64,000 nt of DNA from NCBI RefSeq assembly GCF_009914755.1, contig NC_060933.1; one strand, given 5' to 3'. Below are positions 41,091 through 56,100 of this stretch, one piece after another. How positions within the stretch are numbered: the stretch's first letter is position 1; every line of letters starts with the position of its first letter. Source of the DNA: the human T2T-CHM13v2.0 reference genome, Homo sapiens. Position numbers and translations under genes: made by a program. The notes beneath the pieces are model-generated. The model ran no database searches. It had not been told where the DNA came from and was given only the letters and a program-made list of their open reading frames with translations.

Positions 41091-43645
41091 ATACGGAATA
41101 GAATGGAATGGAACGAAATGGAATGGAATGGAATGGAATGGAATGGAATGGAATGGAATCGTTCCGAGTGTAATAGGAGGGAATGTATTCGAGTGGAATG
41201 GAAAGGAATGGAATCAACCAGAGTGGAATGGAAGGGAATGGAATGGAATGGAAACTAATAGAATGGAATCAACCCGAGTGGAATGGAATGGAAAGGACTG
41301 GAATAGAATGGAATGGAATGGAATCAACTCGATTGTAATGGAATGGAATGGAATGGAATGGAAAGGATTGGAATCAAACCGAGTGGAATGGCAAGGAATG
41401 GAATGGAATGGAATGGAATGGAATGGAATGGAATGGAATGGTTCGGAATAGAATGGATTGGAACAAAATGGAATGGAATGGAATGGAATGGAATGGAATG
41501 GAATGGAATCAAGTCGATTGCAATAGAATGGAATGGAATGGAATGGAACGGATTGGAATGGAATGGAATGGAATGGAATTAAATGGAATGGAATGGAATG
41601 GAATCAACCAGAGTGCAGGGGAATGGAATGGAAAGGAATGCAATGGATTGGAATGGAATGGAATGGAATGGAATGGAATCAACGCGAGTGGAATGGCATG
41701 GAATGGAATGCAATGGAATGGCATGGAATGGAATCAACTCGAGTGGAAAGGAATGGAATGGAATGGAATGGAATGGAATGAAATCAACTCGAGTGGAATG
41801 GAATGGAATGGAATGGATTGGAATGGATTGCAATGGAATGAAATGGAATGGAATGGAATGGAATCAATCATTGCGAGTGAAATGGAAGGGAATGTAATGG
41901 AGTGGAAAGAAGGGAATGGAATCAACCCGAGTGGAATGCAAGGCAATGGAATGGAATGGAAAGGAATGGAATGGAATCAACTCGATTGCAATGGAATTGA
42001 ATGGAATGGAATGGAATGGAAAGGAATGGAATGTAATGAAATGGAATGGAATGGAATGCAATGGAATGGAATCAACCCGAGTGCAATCGAATGGAATCGA
42101 ATGGAATGGAATGCAATGGAATGGATTCAACTTGAATGGAATGGAAAGAATTGAATCAACACGAGCGGAATGGCATGGATTGGAATGGAATGGAATGGAG
42201 TCAACCCGAATACAGGGGAATGGAATGGAATGGAATGCAATGGAATGGAATCATCCGTAATGGAATGGAATGGAATGGAATGGAATGGAATGGAATGGAA
42301 TGGAATGGAATCAACTCGATTGCAATCGAATGAAATGGAATGGAATTAACCCGAATAGAATGGAATGGAATGGATTGGAACGGAACGGAACGGAATGGAA
42401 TGGAATGGAACGGAAAGGAATGGAATGGAATGGAATGGAATGGAATATAATCAACGCGAGTGCAGGGGAATGGAATGTAATGGAATGCAATGGAATGGAA
42501 TCTTCCGGAATGGAATGGAATGGAATGGAATCAACCTGAGTGCAATGGAATGAAGTGGAATGGAATGGAATGGAAAGAAACAACCCGAATGGAATGGAAT
42601 GTAATGGAGAGTAAGGGAGTTGAATAGAATCAATCCGAATGTAATGGAATGGAATGGAACGGAATGGAATGGAATGAAATAGAATGGAATGCAATGGATT
42701 CAACTCGATTGCAATGGAATGGAATAGAATGGAATGGAATGGACTGGAATGGTATGGAATGGAATGGAATGGTACGGAATAGAATGGAATGGAAATAATT
42801 GGAATGGAATGGAATCGAATGGAATGGAATGGAATGGAATGGAATCAACCCGAGTGCAGGGGAATGTAATGGAACGGAATGTAATGGAATGGAATCATCC
42901 GGAATGGAATGGAATGGAATGGAATGGAATGGAACCAACTCGATTGTGATGGAATGGAATGGAATGGAATGGAATGGAATGGAATGGAATTAACCCGAAT
43001 ACAATGGAGTGGAATGGAATGGAACGGAATGGAGTTGAATGGAATGGAATCAACCCGAGTGCAGGGGAATGGAATGGAATGGAATGGAATGCAATGGAAT
43101 GGAATCATCCGGAATGGAATGGAATGGAATGGAATGCAAAGCAATGGAATCAATTCGATTGCAATGGAATGGAATGGAATGGAAAGGAATACATTGGAAT
43201 CAACCCGAGTGGAATGGAATGGAAAGGACTGGAATGGAGTGGAATGGAATGGAATGGAATGGAATGGAATCAACTCGATTGGAATGGAATGGAATGGAAT
43301 GGAATGGAATTAACCCGAATAGAATGGAATGGAATGGAATGGAATGGAATGCAATGGAATGGAATCATCCGTAATGGAATGGAAAGGAATGGAATGGAAT
43401 GGAATGGAAAGGAATGGAATGGAATGGAATCAACTCGATTGCAGTCGAATGGAATGGAATGGAATTAACCCGAATAGAATGGAATGGAATGGAATGGAAC
43501 GGAACGGAACGGAACGGAACGGAATGGAATGGAATGGAATGGAATGGAATGGAACGGAAAGGAATGGAATGGAATGGAATGGAATGGAATGGAATGGAAT
43601 CAACGCGAGTGCAGGGGAATGGAATGGAATGGAATGCAATGGAAT

Positions 43646-43660
43646 GGAATGTTCCGGAAT
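43646..43660. promoter_or_regulatory. HSE variant gGAAtgTTCcgGAAt
   Basis: The substitution falls at an n position, so the GAA/TTC/GAA spacing is intact. Motif match only. Confidence 0.4.
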
Positions 43661-46600
43661 GGAATGGAATGGAATGGAATGGAATGGAATGGAATCAACC
43701 TGAGTGCAATGGAATGGACTGGAATGGAATGGAATGGAATGGAACAACCCGAATGGAATGGAATGTAATGGAGAGTAAGGGAGTTGAATAGAATCAATCC
43801 GAATGTAATGGAATGGAATGGAACGGAATGGAATTGAATGGAATGGAATGGAATGCAATGGAATGGAATCAACCCGAGTGCAATGGAATGGAGAGGAATG
43901 GAATGGAATGGAATGGAAACTACCCGAATGGAATGGAATGTAATGGAGTGTAAGGGAATTGAATAGAATCAATCCGAATGGAATGGAAAGGAATGGAACG
44001 GAATGGAATGGAATGGAATGGAATGGACTGGAATGGAATGCAATGGAATGGAATCAACCCGAGTGCAATCGAATGGAATCGAATGGAATGGAATGCAATG
44101 GAATGGATTCAACTTGAATGGAATGGAAAGAATGGAATCAACACGAGTGGAAGGGCATGGATTGGAATGCAATGGAATGGAATCAACCCGAGTACAGGGG
44201 AATGGAATGGAATGGAATGCAATGGAATGGAATCATCCGTAATGGAATGGAAAGGAATGGAATGGAATGGAATGGAATGGAATGGAATGGAATGGAATCA
44301 ACAGGATTACAACAGAATGGAATGGAATGGAATTAACCCGAATAGAATGGAATGGAATGGAATGGAACGGAACGGAACGGAACGGAATGGAATGGAATGG
44401 AATGGAATGGAATGGAAATGAATGGAACGGAACGGAACGGAATGGAATGGAATGGAATGGAATGGAATGGAATCAACGCGAGTGCAGGGGAATGGAATGT
44501 AATGGAATGCAATGGAATGGAATCTTCCGGAATGGAATGGAATGGAATGGAATGGAATAAACCCGAGTGCAATGGAATGGAGTGGAATGGAATGGAATGG
44601 AATGTAACAACCCGAATGAAATGTAATGTAATGGAGAGTAAGGGAGTTGAATAGAATCAATCCGAATGTAATGGAATGGAATGGAACGGAATGGAATTGA
44701 ATGGAATGGAATGGAATGCAATGGAATGGAATCAACCCGAGTGCAATGGAATGGAGAGGAATGGAATGGAATGGACTGGAAACTACCCGAATGGAATGGA
44801 ATGTAATGGAGTGTAAGGGAATTGAATAGAATCAATCCGAATGTAATGGAAAGGAATGGAACTGAATGGAATGGAATGGAATGGAATGGAATGGAATGGA
44901 ATGGAATGGAATGCAATGGAATGGAATCAACCCGAGTGCAATCGAATGGAATCGATTGGAATGGAATGCAATGGAATGGAATCAACTCGATTGCAATCGA
45001 ATGGAATGGAATGGAATTAACCCGAATAGAATGGAATGGAATGGAATGGAAAGGAACGGAATGGAATAGAATGGAATGGAATGGAATGAAATGCAATGGA
45101 TTCAACTCGATTGCAATGGAATGGAATACAATGGAATGGAACGGAATGGAATAGAATTAACCCGAATAGAATGGAATGGAATGTAATGGAACGGAATGGA
45201 ACGGAATGGAATGGAATGGAATGGAATGGAATGGTATGGAATGGAATGGAATGGTACGGAATAGAATGGAATGTAACGAATTGTAATGGAATGGAATTGA
45301 ATGGAATGGAATGGAATCAACGCGAGTGCAGGGGAATGTAATGGAACGGAATGCAATGGAATGGAATCATCCGGAATGGAATGGAATGGAATGGAATGGA
45401 ATGGAATGGAATAAACCCGAGTGCAATGGAATGGAGTGGAATGGAATGGAATGGAATAGAATGCAATGGAATGGAATCAACCCGAGTGCAATCGAATGGA
45501 ATGGAATGGAATGGAATGGAATGGAATGCCTTCAAACCGAATGGAATGGAAAGGAATGGAATCAACACGAGTGGAATGGAATGGAATGGAATCGAATGGA
45601 ATGGAATGGAATGATACGGAATAGAATGGAATGGAACGAAATGGAATGGAATCGAATGGAATGGAATGGAATGGATTCAACTTGAATGGAATGGAAAGAA
45701 TGGAATCAACACGAGTGAAATGGCATGGATTGGAATGGAATGGAATGGAATGAACCCGAGTACAGGGGAATGGAATGGAACGGAATGCAATGGAATGGAA
45801 TCATCCGGAATGGAATGGAATGGAATGGAATGGAAACAACCAGAATGGATTGGAATATAATGGAGTGTAAGGGAATTGAATAGAATCAATCTGAATGTAA
45901 TGAAATGGAATGGAATGGAATGGAATGGAATGGAATCGAATGGAATGGAATGGAATGGAATCAACCCGAGTGCAATGGAATGGATTCGAATGGAATGGAA
46001 TGGAGTGGAATGGATTCAACCCGAATGGAATGGAAAGGAATGGAATCAACCCGAGTGGAATCGCATGGAATGCAATGGAATGGAATGGAATGGAATGGAA
46101 TGGAATGGAATGGAATGGAATGGAATGGAATCAAGTAGATTGCAATGGAATGGAATGGAATGGAATGGAACGGATTGGAATGGAATGGAATGGAATGGAA
46201 TGCAATTAAATGGAATGGAATGGAATGGAAGAAACCCGAGTGCAGGGGAATGGAATGGAATGGAATGCAATGGAATGGAATGGAATGGAATGGAATGGAA
46301 TGGAATGGAATGGAATGGAATCAACCCGAGTGGAATGGCATGGAATGGAATGCAATGGAATGGCATGGAATGGAATCAACTCGAGTGGAAAGGAATGGAA
46401 TGGAATGGAATGGAATGGAATGAAATCAACTCGAGTGGAATGGAATGGAACGGAATGGATTGGAATGGATTGCAATGGAATGAAATGCAATGGAATGGAA
46501 TGGCATCAATCATTCCGAGTGGAATGGAAGGGAATGTAACGGAGTGGAAAGAAGGGAATGGAATCAACCCGAGTGGAATGCAAGGCAATGGAATGGAATG

Positions 46601-46779
46601 GAAAGGAATGGAATGGAATCAACTCGATTGCAATGGAATGGAATGGAATGGAATGGAATGGAACGGAACGGAATGGAATGGAATGGAATGGAATGGAATG
46701 GAATGGAATGGAATGGAATCAACGCGAATGCAGGGGAATGGAATGGAATGGAATGCAATGGAATGGAATCATCCGGAAT

Positions 46780-48620
46780 GGAATGGAATGGAATGGAATG
46801 GAATCAACTCGATTTCAATGGAATGGAATGGAATAGACTGGAATGGAATTAACACGAATAGAATGGAATGGAATGGAATGGAATGGAATTAACCCGAATA
46901 GAATGGAATGGAATGGAATTGAACGGAATGTAACGGAATGGAATGGAATGGAATGGAATGGAATGGTATGGAATGGAATGGAATGGAATCATCTCGATTG
47001 TAATGGAATGGAATGGAATGGAATGGAGTGCAATGGAATGGAATGGAATGGAATTAACCCGAATACAATGGAATGGAATGGAATGGAATGGAATGGAGTG
47101 GAATGGAATGGAATCAACCCGAGTGCACAGGAATGGAATGGAATGGAATGCAATGGAATGGAATCATCCGGAATGGAATGGAACGGAATGGAATGCAAAA
47201 CAATTCAATCAACTCGATTGCAATGGAATGGAATGGAATGTATATGAATAGAATGGAATCAACCCGAGGGAATGGAATGGAAAGGACTGGAATGGAGTGG
47301 AATGGAATGGAACGGAATGGAATGGAATCAACTCGATTGGAATGGAGTGCAATGGAATTTGAATGGAATGGAATGGAATGGAATGGAATGGAATTTACCC
47401 GAATAGAATGGAATGGAATGGAAAGGAATGGAACGGAATGGAATGGAATGGAATGGAATGGAATGGAATGGAATGGAATCAACCCGACTGCACGGGAATG
47501 GAATGGATTGCAATGCAATGGAATGGAATCATCCGGAACGGAATGGAATGGAATGGAATGGAATCAACTCGATTGCAATGGAATGGAATGGAATGGAATG
47601 GAATGGAATGGAATGGAATGGAGTGGAATGGAATGGAATTAACACGAATAGAATGGAATGGAATGGAATGGAAAGGAATGGAAGGGAATGGAATGGAATG
47701 TAATCAACCCGAGTGCAGGGGAATGGAATGGAATTGAATGCAATGGAATGGAATCATCCGGAATGCAATGGAATGGAATGGAATGGAATGGAATGGAATC
47801 AACTCGATTTCAATGGAATGGAATGTAATAGAATGGAATGGAATTAACACGAATAGAATGGAATGGAATGGAATGGAATGGAACGGAAAGGAATGGAATG
47901 GAATGGAATGGAATCAACCCAAGTGCAGGGGAATGGAATGGAATGGAATTCAATGGAATGGAATCATCCGGAATGGAATGGAATGGAATGGAATGGAACG
48001 GAATGGAACGGAATGGAACGGAATGGAATGGAATGGAATGGAATGGAATGGAATGGTATGGAATGGAATGGAATGGAATCAACTCGATTATAATGGAATG
48101 GAATGGAATGGAATGGAATGGAATTAACCCGAATACAATGGAATGGAATGGAATGGAACGGAATGGAGTGGAATGGAATGGAATCAACCCGAGTGCAGGG
48201 GAATGGAATGGAATGGAATGCAATGGAATGGAATCATCCGGAATGGAATGCAATGGAATGGAATGCAAAACAATGGAATCAACTCGATTGCAATGGAATG
48301 GAATGGAATGGAAATGAATAAAATGGAATCAACCCGAGTGGAATGGAATGGAAAGGACTGGAATGGAGTGGAATGGAATGGAAAGGAATGGAATGGAATC
48401 AACTCGATTGGAATGGAGTGGAATGGAATTTGAATGGAATGGAATGGAATGGAGTTGACCCGAATAGAATGGAATGGAATGGAATGGAATGGAACGGAAT
48501 GGAATGGAATGGAATGGAATGGAATGGAATGGAATCAACCCGACTGCACGGGAATGGAATGGAATGGAATGCAATGGAATGGAATCATCCGGAATGGAAT
48601 AGAATGGAATGGAATGGAAT
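46780..48620 (-). repeat. Diverged ~1.0-1.07 kb dimer
   Basis: Paired landmarks: aactcgatttc (46806/47801), gaatacaatg (47061/48131), gcaaaacaa (47195/48265), gaatttgaatg (47356/48426), cccgactgcacggg (47483/48539). Confidence 0.75.
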
Positions 48621-51600
48621 GGAATGCAATGGAATGGAATCATCCGGAATGGAATAGAATGGAATGGAATGGAAAGGAATGGAAACATCCCGAATGGAAT
48701 GGAATGTATTGGAGTGTAAGGGAATTGAATAGAATCAGTCTCAATGTAATGGAAGGGAATGGAATGAAATGGAATGGAATGGAATGCAATGGAATGGAAT
48801 CAAACCGAGTGCAATGGAATGGATTCGAATGGAATGGAATGGAATGGAATGGATTCAACAAGAATGGAATGGAAAGGAATGGAATCAACCCGAGTGTAAT
48901 GGCGTGGAATGGAATGGAATGGAATGGGATGGAATGGAATGGTACGGAATAGAATGGAATGGAATGAAATGGAATGGAATGGAATGGAATGGAATGGAAT
49001 GGAATGGAATGGAATGGAATGGTATCAACTCGATTGCAATGGAATGGAATGGAATGGAAGGGAATAGAATGGAATCAACCCCACTGGAATGGAATGGAAA
49101 GGACTGGAATGGACTGGAATGGAATGGAATGGAATGGAATCAAATCGATTGGAATGCAATGGAATGGAATGGAATGGAGTCGAATCAACTAGATTGCAAT
49201 GGAATGGAATGGAACGGAATGGAACGGAATGGAATGGAATGGAATAGAATTTACCCGAATAGAATGGAATGGAATGGAATGGAACGGAATGAAATGGAAT
49301 GAAATGGAATGGAATCAACCCGAGTGCAGGGGAATGGAATGGAATGGAATGTCATGGAATGCAATCATCCGGAATGGAATGGAATGGAATGGAATGGAGT
49401 GGAATGGAATGGAATGGAATCAACTCGATTGCAATGGAGTGGAATGGAATGGAAAGGAATGGAAGGGAATGGAATGGAATGTAATCAACCCGAGTGCAGG
49501 GGAATGGAATGGAATGGAATGCAATGGAATGGAATCATCCAGAATGGAATGGAATGGAATGGAATGGAATACAATCAACCCGATGCAATGGAATGGAGTG
49601 GAATGGAATGGAATGGAATGGAAACATCCCGAATGGAATGTAATGTAATGGAGTGTAAGGGAATTGAATAGAATAAATCCGAATGTAATGGAATGGAATG
49701 GAATGAAATGGAATGGAATGGAATGGAATGGAATCAACCCGAGTGCAATGGAATGGATTCGAATGGAATGGAATGGAATGGAATGGATTCAACAGGAATG
49801 GAATGGAAAGGAATGGAATCAACCCGAGTGTAATGGCATGGAATGGAATGGAATGGAATGGAATGGGATGGAATGGAATGGTACGGAATAGAATGGAATG
49901 GAATGAAATGGAATGGAATGGAATTTAATGGAATGGAATGGAATGAACCCGTGTGCAATGGAATGGAATGGAATGGAATGGAATGTATGCAACTCGAATG
50001 GAATAAACTCGATTGCAATGGAATGGAATGGAATGGAAAGGAATAGAATGGAATCAACCCAAGTGGAATGGAAAGGAAAGGACTGGAATGGAGTGGAATG
50101 GAATGGAATGGAATGGAATCAAATCGATTGGAATGGAATGGAAAGGAATGGAATGGAATGGAATGGAATGGAATCAACTCGATTGGAATGGAATGGAATG
50201 GAATGGAATGGAATGGAATGGTATTAACCTGAATAGAATGGAATGGAATGGAATGGAACGGAATGTAATGGAATGAAATGGAATGGAATCAATACGAGTG
50301 CAGGGGAATGGAATGGAATGGAATGCAATGGAATGCAATCATCCGGAATGGAAAGGAATGGAATGGAATGGAATGGAATGGAATGGAATGGAATGGAATG
50401 GAATGGAATCAACTCGATTGCAATGGAGTGGAATGGAATGGAAAGGAATGGAAGGGAATGGAATGGAATGTAATCAACCCGAGTGCAGGGGAATGGAATG
50501 GAATGGAATGCAATGGAATGGAATCATCCGGAATGGAATGGATTGGAATGGAATGCAATCAACCCGATGCAATGGAATGGAGTGGAATGGAATGGAATGG
50601 AATGGAAACATCCCGAATGGAATGGAATGTAATGGAGTGTAAGGGAATTGAATAGAATCAATCCGAATGTAATGGAATGGAAAGGAATGAAATGGAATGG
50701 AATGGAATGGAATGGAATCAACCCGAGTGCAATGGAATGGATTCGAATGGAATGGAATGGAATGGAATGGATTCAACAAGAATGGAATGCAAAGGAATGG
50801 AATCAACCCGAGTGTAATGGCATGGAATGGAATGGAATCGAATGCAATGGGATGGAATGGAATGGAATGGAATGGAATGGGATGGAATGGAATGGTACGG
50901 AATAGAATGGAATGGAATGAAATGGAATGGAATGGAATTTAATGGAATGGAATGGAATGAACCCGTGTGCAATGTAATAGAATGAAATGGAATGGAATGG
51001 ATTCAACTCGAATGGAATCAACTCGATTGCAATGGAATGGATTGGAATGGAAAGGAATAGAATGGAATCAACCAGAGTGGAATGGAATGCAAAGGACTGG
51101 AATGGAGTGGAATGGAATGGAATGGAATGGAATGGAATCAACTCGATTGGAATGGAATGGAATGGAATGGAATGGAATTAACCAGAATAGAATGGAATGG
51201 AATGGAATGGAATGGAACCGAACGGAATGGAGTGGAATGGAATGGAATGGAATGGAATCAACCCGACTGCACGGGAATGGAATGGAATGGAATGCAATGG
51301 AATGGAATCATCCGGAACGGAATGGAATGGAATGGAATGGAATCAACTCGATTGCAATGGAATGGAATGAAATGGAATGGAATGGAATGGAATGGAGTTG
51401 AATGGAATGGAATTAACCCGAATAGAATGGAATGGAATGGAATGGTAAGGAATGGAAGGGAATGGAATGGAATGTAATCAACCCGAGTGCAGGGGAATGG
51501 AATGGAATTGAATGCAATGGAACGGAATCATACGGAATGGAATGGAATGGAATGGAATGATCCCGATGCAATGGAATGGAATGGAATGGAATGGAATGGA

Positions 51601-53100
51601 ATGGAATGGAATGGAAACATCACGAATGGAATGGAATGTAATGGAGTGTAAGGCAATTGAATAGAACCAGTCCGAATGAAATGGAAGGGAATGGAATGAA
51701 ATGGAATGGAATGGAATGGAATGGATCAAACCGAGTGCAATGGAATGGATTCGAATGGAATGGAATGGATTCGAATATAATGGAATGGAATGGAATGGAT
51801 TCAACAAGAATGGAATGGAAAGGAATGGAATCAACCCGAGTGTAATGGCATGGAATGGAATGGAATGGAACGGGATGGAATGGAATGGTACGGAATAGAA
51901 TGGAATGGAATGAAATGGAATGGAATGGAATGGAATGAACCCGTGTGCAATGGAATGGAATGGAATGGAATGGAATGGATTCAACTCGAAAGGAATCAAC
52001 TCGATTGCAATGGAATGGAATGGAATGGAAAGGAATAGACTGGAATCAACCCGAGTGGAATGGAATTCAAAGGACTGGAATGGAGTGGAATGGAATGGAA
52101 GCAATGGAATCAAATCGATTGGAATGGAATGGAATGGAATGGAATGGAATGGAATCAACTCGATTGCAATGGAATGGAATGGAATGGAATTTTAATGGAA
52201 TGGAATGGAATTAACTCGAATAGAATGGAATGGAATGGAATGGAACGGAATGAAATGGAATGAAATGGAATGGAATCAACCCGAGTGCAGGGAAATGGAA
52301 TGGAATGGAATGCAATGGAATGCAATCATCCGGAATGGAATGGAATGGAATGGAATGGAATGGAATGGAATCAACTCGATTGCAATGGAGTGGAATGGAA
52401 TGGAAACGAATGGAAGGGAATGGAATGGAATGTAATCAACCCGAGTGCAGGGGAATGGAATGGAATGGAATGCAATGGAATGGAATCATCCGGAATGGAA
52501 TGGAATGGAATGGAATGCAATCAACCCAATGCAATGGAATGGAGTGGAATGGAATGGAATGGAATGGAATGGAAACTTCCCGAATGGAATGGAATGTAAT
52601 GGAGTGTAAGGGAATTGAATAGAATCAATCCGAATGTAATGGAATGGAATGGAATGAAATGGAATGGAGTGGAATGGAATGGAATCAACCCGAGTGCAAT
52701 GGAATGGATTCGAATGGAATGGAATGGAATGGAATGGATTCAACAAGAATGGAATGGAAAGGAGTGGAATCAACCCGAGTGTAATGGCATGGAATGGAAT
52801 GGAATGGAATGGAATGGGATGGAATGGAATGGTACGGAATAGAATGGAATGGAATGGAATGGAATGAAATGGAGTGGAATGGAATTTAATGGAATGGAAT
52901 GGAATGAAACTGTGTGCAATGTAATGGAATGGAATGGAATGGAATGGATTCAACTCGAATGGAATCAACCCGATTGCAATGGAATGGAATGGAATGGAAA
53001 GGAATAGAAAGGAATCAACCCGAGTGGAATGGAATGGAAAAGACTGGAATGGAGTGGAATGGAATGGAATGGAATTAACCCGAATAGAATGCAATGGAAC
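48600..53100 (-). repeat. About five diverged tandem copies of a ~0.94-1.01 kb unit
   Basis: Landmark ggaaacatcccga (or a 1-base variant) at about 48681, 49620, 50604, 51613 and 52571. Each is followed by ggattcgaatgg, ttcaaca(a/g)gaatgg, gagtgtaatggc and gggatgg. Confidence 0.8.
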
Positions 53101-56100
53101 GGAATGGAACGGAATGGAATGGAATGGAATGGAATGGATTCAACCCGAGTGCAGGGGAATGGAATGGAATGGAATGCAATGGAATGGAATCATCCGGAAT
53201 GGAATGGAATTGAATGGAATGGAATGGAATCAACTCGATTTCAATGGAATGGAATGGAATAGAATGGAATGGAATTAACACGAATAGAATGGAATGGAAT
53301 TGAATGGAATGGATTGGAACGGAAAGGAATGGAATGGAATGGAATGGAATCAACCCAAGTGCAGGGGAATGGAATGGAATGGAATTCAATGGAATGGAAT
53401 CATCCGGAATGGAATGGAATGGAATGGAATGGAATGGAATGGAATCAACCCGAGTGCAATGGAATGGAGAAGAATGGAATGGAATGGAATGGAAACTACC
53501 CGAATGGAATGGAATGTAATGGAGTGTAAGGGAATTGAATAGAATCAATCCGAAAGTAATGGAATGGAACGGAACGGAATGGAATGCAATGGAATGGAAT
53601 CAACCCGAGTGCAATCGAATGGAATCGAATGGAATGGAATGCAATGGAATGGATTCAACTTGAATGGAATGGAAAGAATGGAATCAACAGGAGTGGAATG
53701 GCATGGAATGGAATGGAATGGAATGAAATCAAACCGATAACAGGGGAATGGAATGGAATGGAATGCCATGGAATGGAATCATCCGTAATGTAATGGAAAG
53801 GAATGGAATGGAATGGAATGGAATGGAATGGAATGGAATGGAATCAACTCGATTGCAATCGAATGGAATGGAATGGAATTAACCCGAATAGAATGGAATG
53901 GAATGCAACGGAACGGAACGGAACGGAATGGAATGGAATGGAATGGAACGGAACGGAACGGAATGGAATGGAATGCAATGGAATGGAATCAACGCGAGTG
54001 CAGGGGAATGGAATGGAATGGATTGCAATGGAATGGAATCAACCGGAATGGAATGGAATGGAATGGAATGGAATGGAATGGAATGGAATGGAATCGTTCC
54101 GAGTGGAATAGGAGAGAATGTATTCGAGTGGAATGGAAAGGAATGGAATCAACCAGAGTGGAATGGAAGGGAATGGAATGGAATGGAAACTAATAGAATG
54201 GAATCAACCCGAGTGGAATGGAATGGAAAGGACTGGAATGGAATGGAATGGAATGGAATGGAATGGAATCAACTCGATTGTAATGGAATGGAATGGAATG
54301 GAATGGAATGGAATGGAATGGAATGGAATTAACCCGAATACAATGGATTGGAATGGAATGGAATGCAATGGAATGGAATCATCCGTAATGGAATGGAAAG
54401 GAATGGAATGGAATGGAACGGAATGGAATGGAATGGAATGGAATGGAATCAACTCGATTGCATTCGAATGGAATGGAATGGAATTAACCCGAATAGAATG
54501 GAATGGAATGGAATGGAACGGAACGGAACGGAACGGAATGGAATGGAATGGAATGGAATGGAATGGAATGGAACGGAAAGGAATGGAATGGAACGGAATG
54601 GAATGGAATGGAATGGAACGGAACGGAATGGAATGGAATGGAATGGAATTGAATGGAATGGAATGGAATCAACCCAACTGCAGGGGAATGGAATGGAATG
54701 CAATGCAATGGAATGGAATCATGCGGAACGGAATGCAATGGAATGGAATGGAATCAACACGAGTGCAATGGAATGGAGTGGAATGGAATGGAATGGAATG
54801 GAATGGAACTACCCGAATGGAATGGAATGTAATGGAGAGTAAGGGAGTTGAATAGAATCAATCCGAATGTAATGGAAAGGAATGGAAAGGAATGGAATGG
54901 AATGGAATGGAATGCAATGGAATGGAATCAAACCGAGTACAATGGATTGGAATGGAATGGAATGGAATGGAATGGAATGGAATGGAATCAACACGAGTGC
55001 AATGGAATGGAGTGGAATGGAATGGAATGGAATGGAACAACGCGAATGGAATGGAATGTAATGGAGAGTAAGGGAGTTGAATAGAAACAATCCGAATGTA
55101 ATGGAATGGAACGGAATGGAATGGAATGGAATGGAATGGAATGGAATTAACCCGAGTACAGGGGAATGGAATGGAATGGAATGCAATGGAATGGAATCAT
55201 CCGTAATGGAATGGAAATGAATGGAATGGAATGGAATGGAATGGAATGGAATGGAATGGAATCAACTCGATTGCAATGGAATGGAATGGAATGGAATTAA
55301 CCCGAATAGAATGGAATGGAATGGAATGGAACGGAACGGAACGGAATGCAATGGAATGGAATGGAATGGAACGGAAAGGAATGGAATGGAATGGAATGGA
55401 ATGGAATGGAATGGAATGGAATGGAATCAACGCGAGTGCAGGGGAATGGAATGGAATCGAATGGAATGGAATGGAATGGAATGGAATCAACCCGAGTGCA
55501 GGGGAATGTAATGGAACGGAATGCAATGGAATGGAATCATCCGGAATGCAATGGAATGGAATGGAATCAACCGAGTGCAATGGAATGGAGTGGAATGGAA
55601 TGGAATGGAATGGAACAACCCGAATGGAATGGAATGTAATGGAGAGTAAGGGAGTTGAAAAGAATCAATCCGAAAGTAATGGAATGGAATGGAATGGAAT
55701 GGAATGGAATGGAATGGAATGGAATCAACCCGAGTGCAATGGAATGGAGAGGAATGGAATGGAATGGAATGGAAACTACCCGAATGGAATGGAATGTAAT
55801 AGAGTGTAAGGGAATTGAATAGAATCAATCCGAATGTAATGAAATGGAATGGAACGGAATGGAATGGAATGGAATGTAATGGAATGGAATGGAATGCAAT
55901 GGAATGGAATAAACCCGAGTGCAATGGAATGGAATCGAATGGAATGGAATGCAATGGAATGGATTCAACTTGAATGGAATGGAAAGAATGGAATCAACAC
56001 GAGTGGAATCGCATGGAATGGAATGGAATTGAATGGAATCAACCCGAGTACAGGGGAATGGAATGGAATGGAATGGAATGGAATGGAATGGAATCATCCG

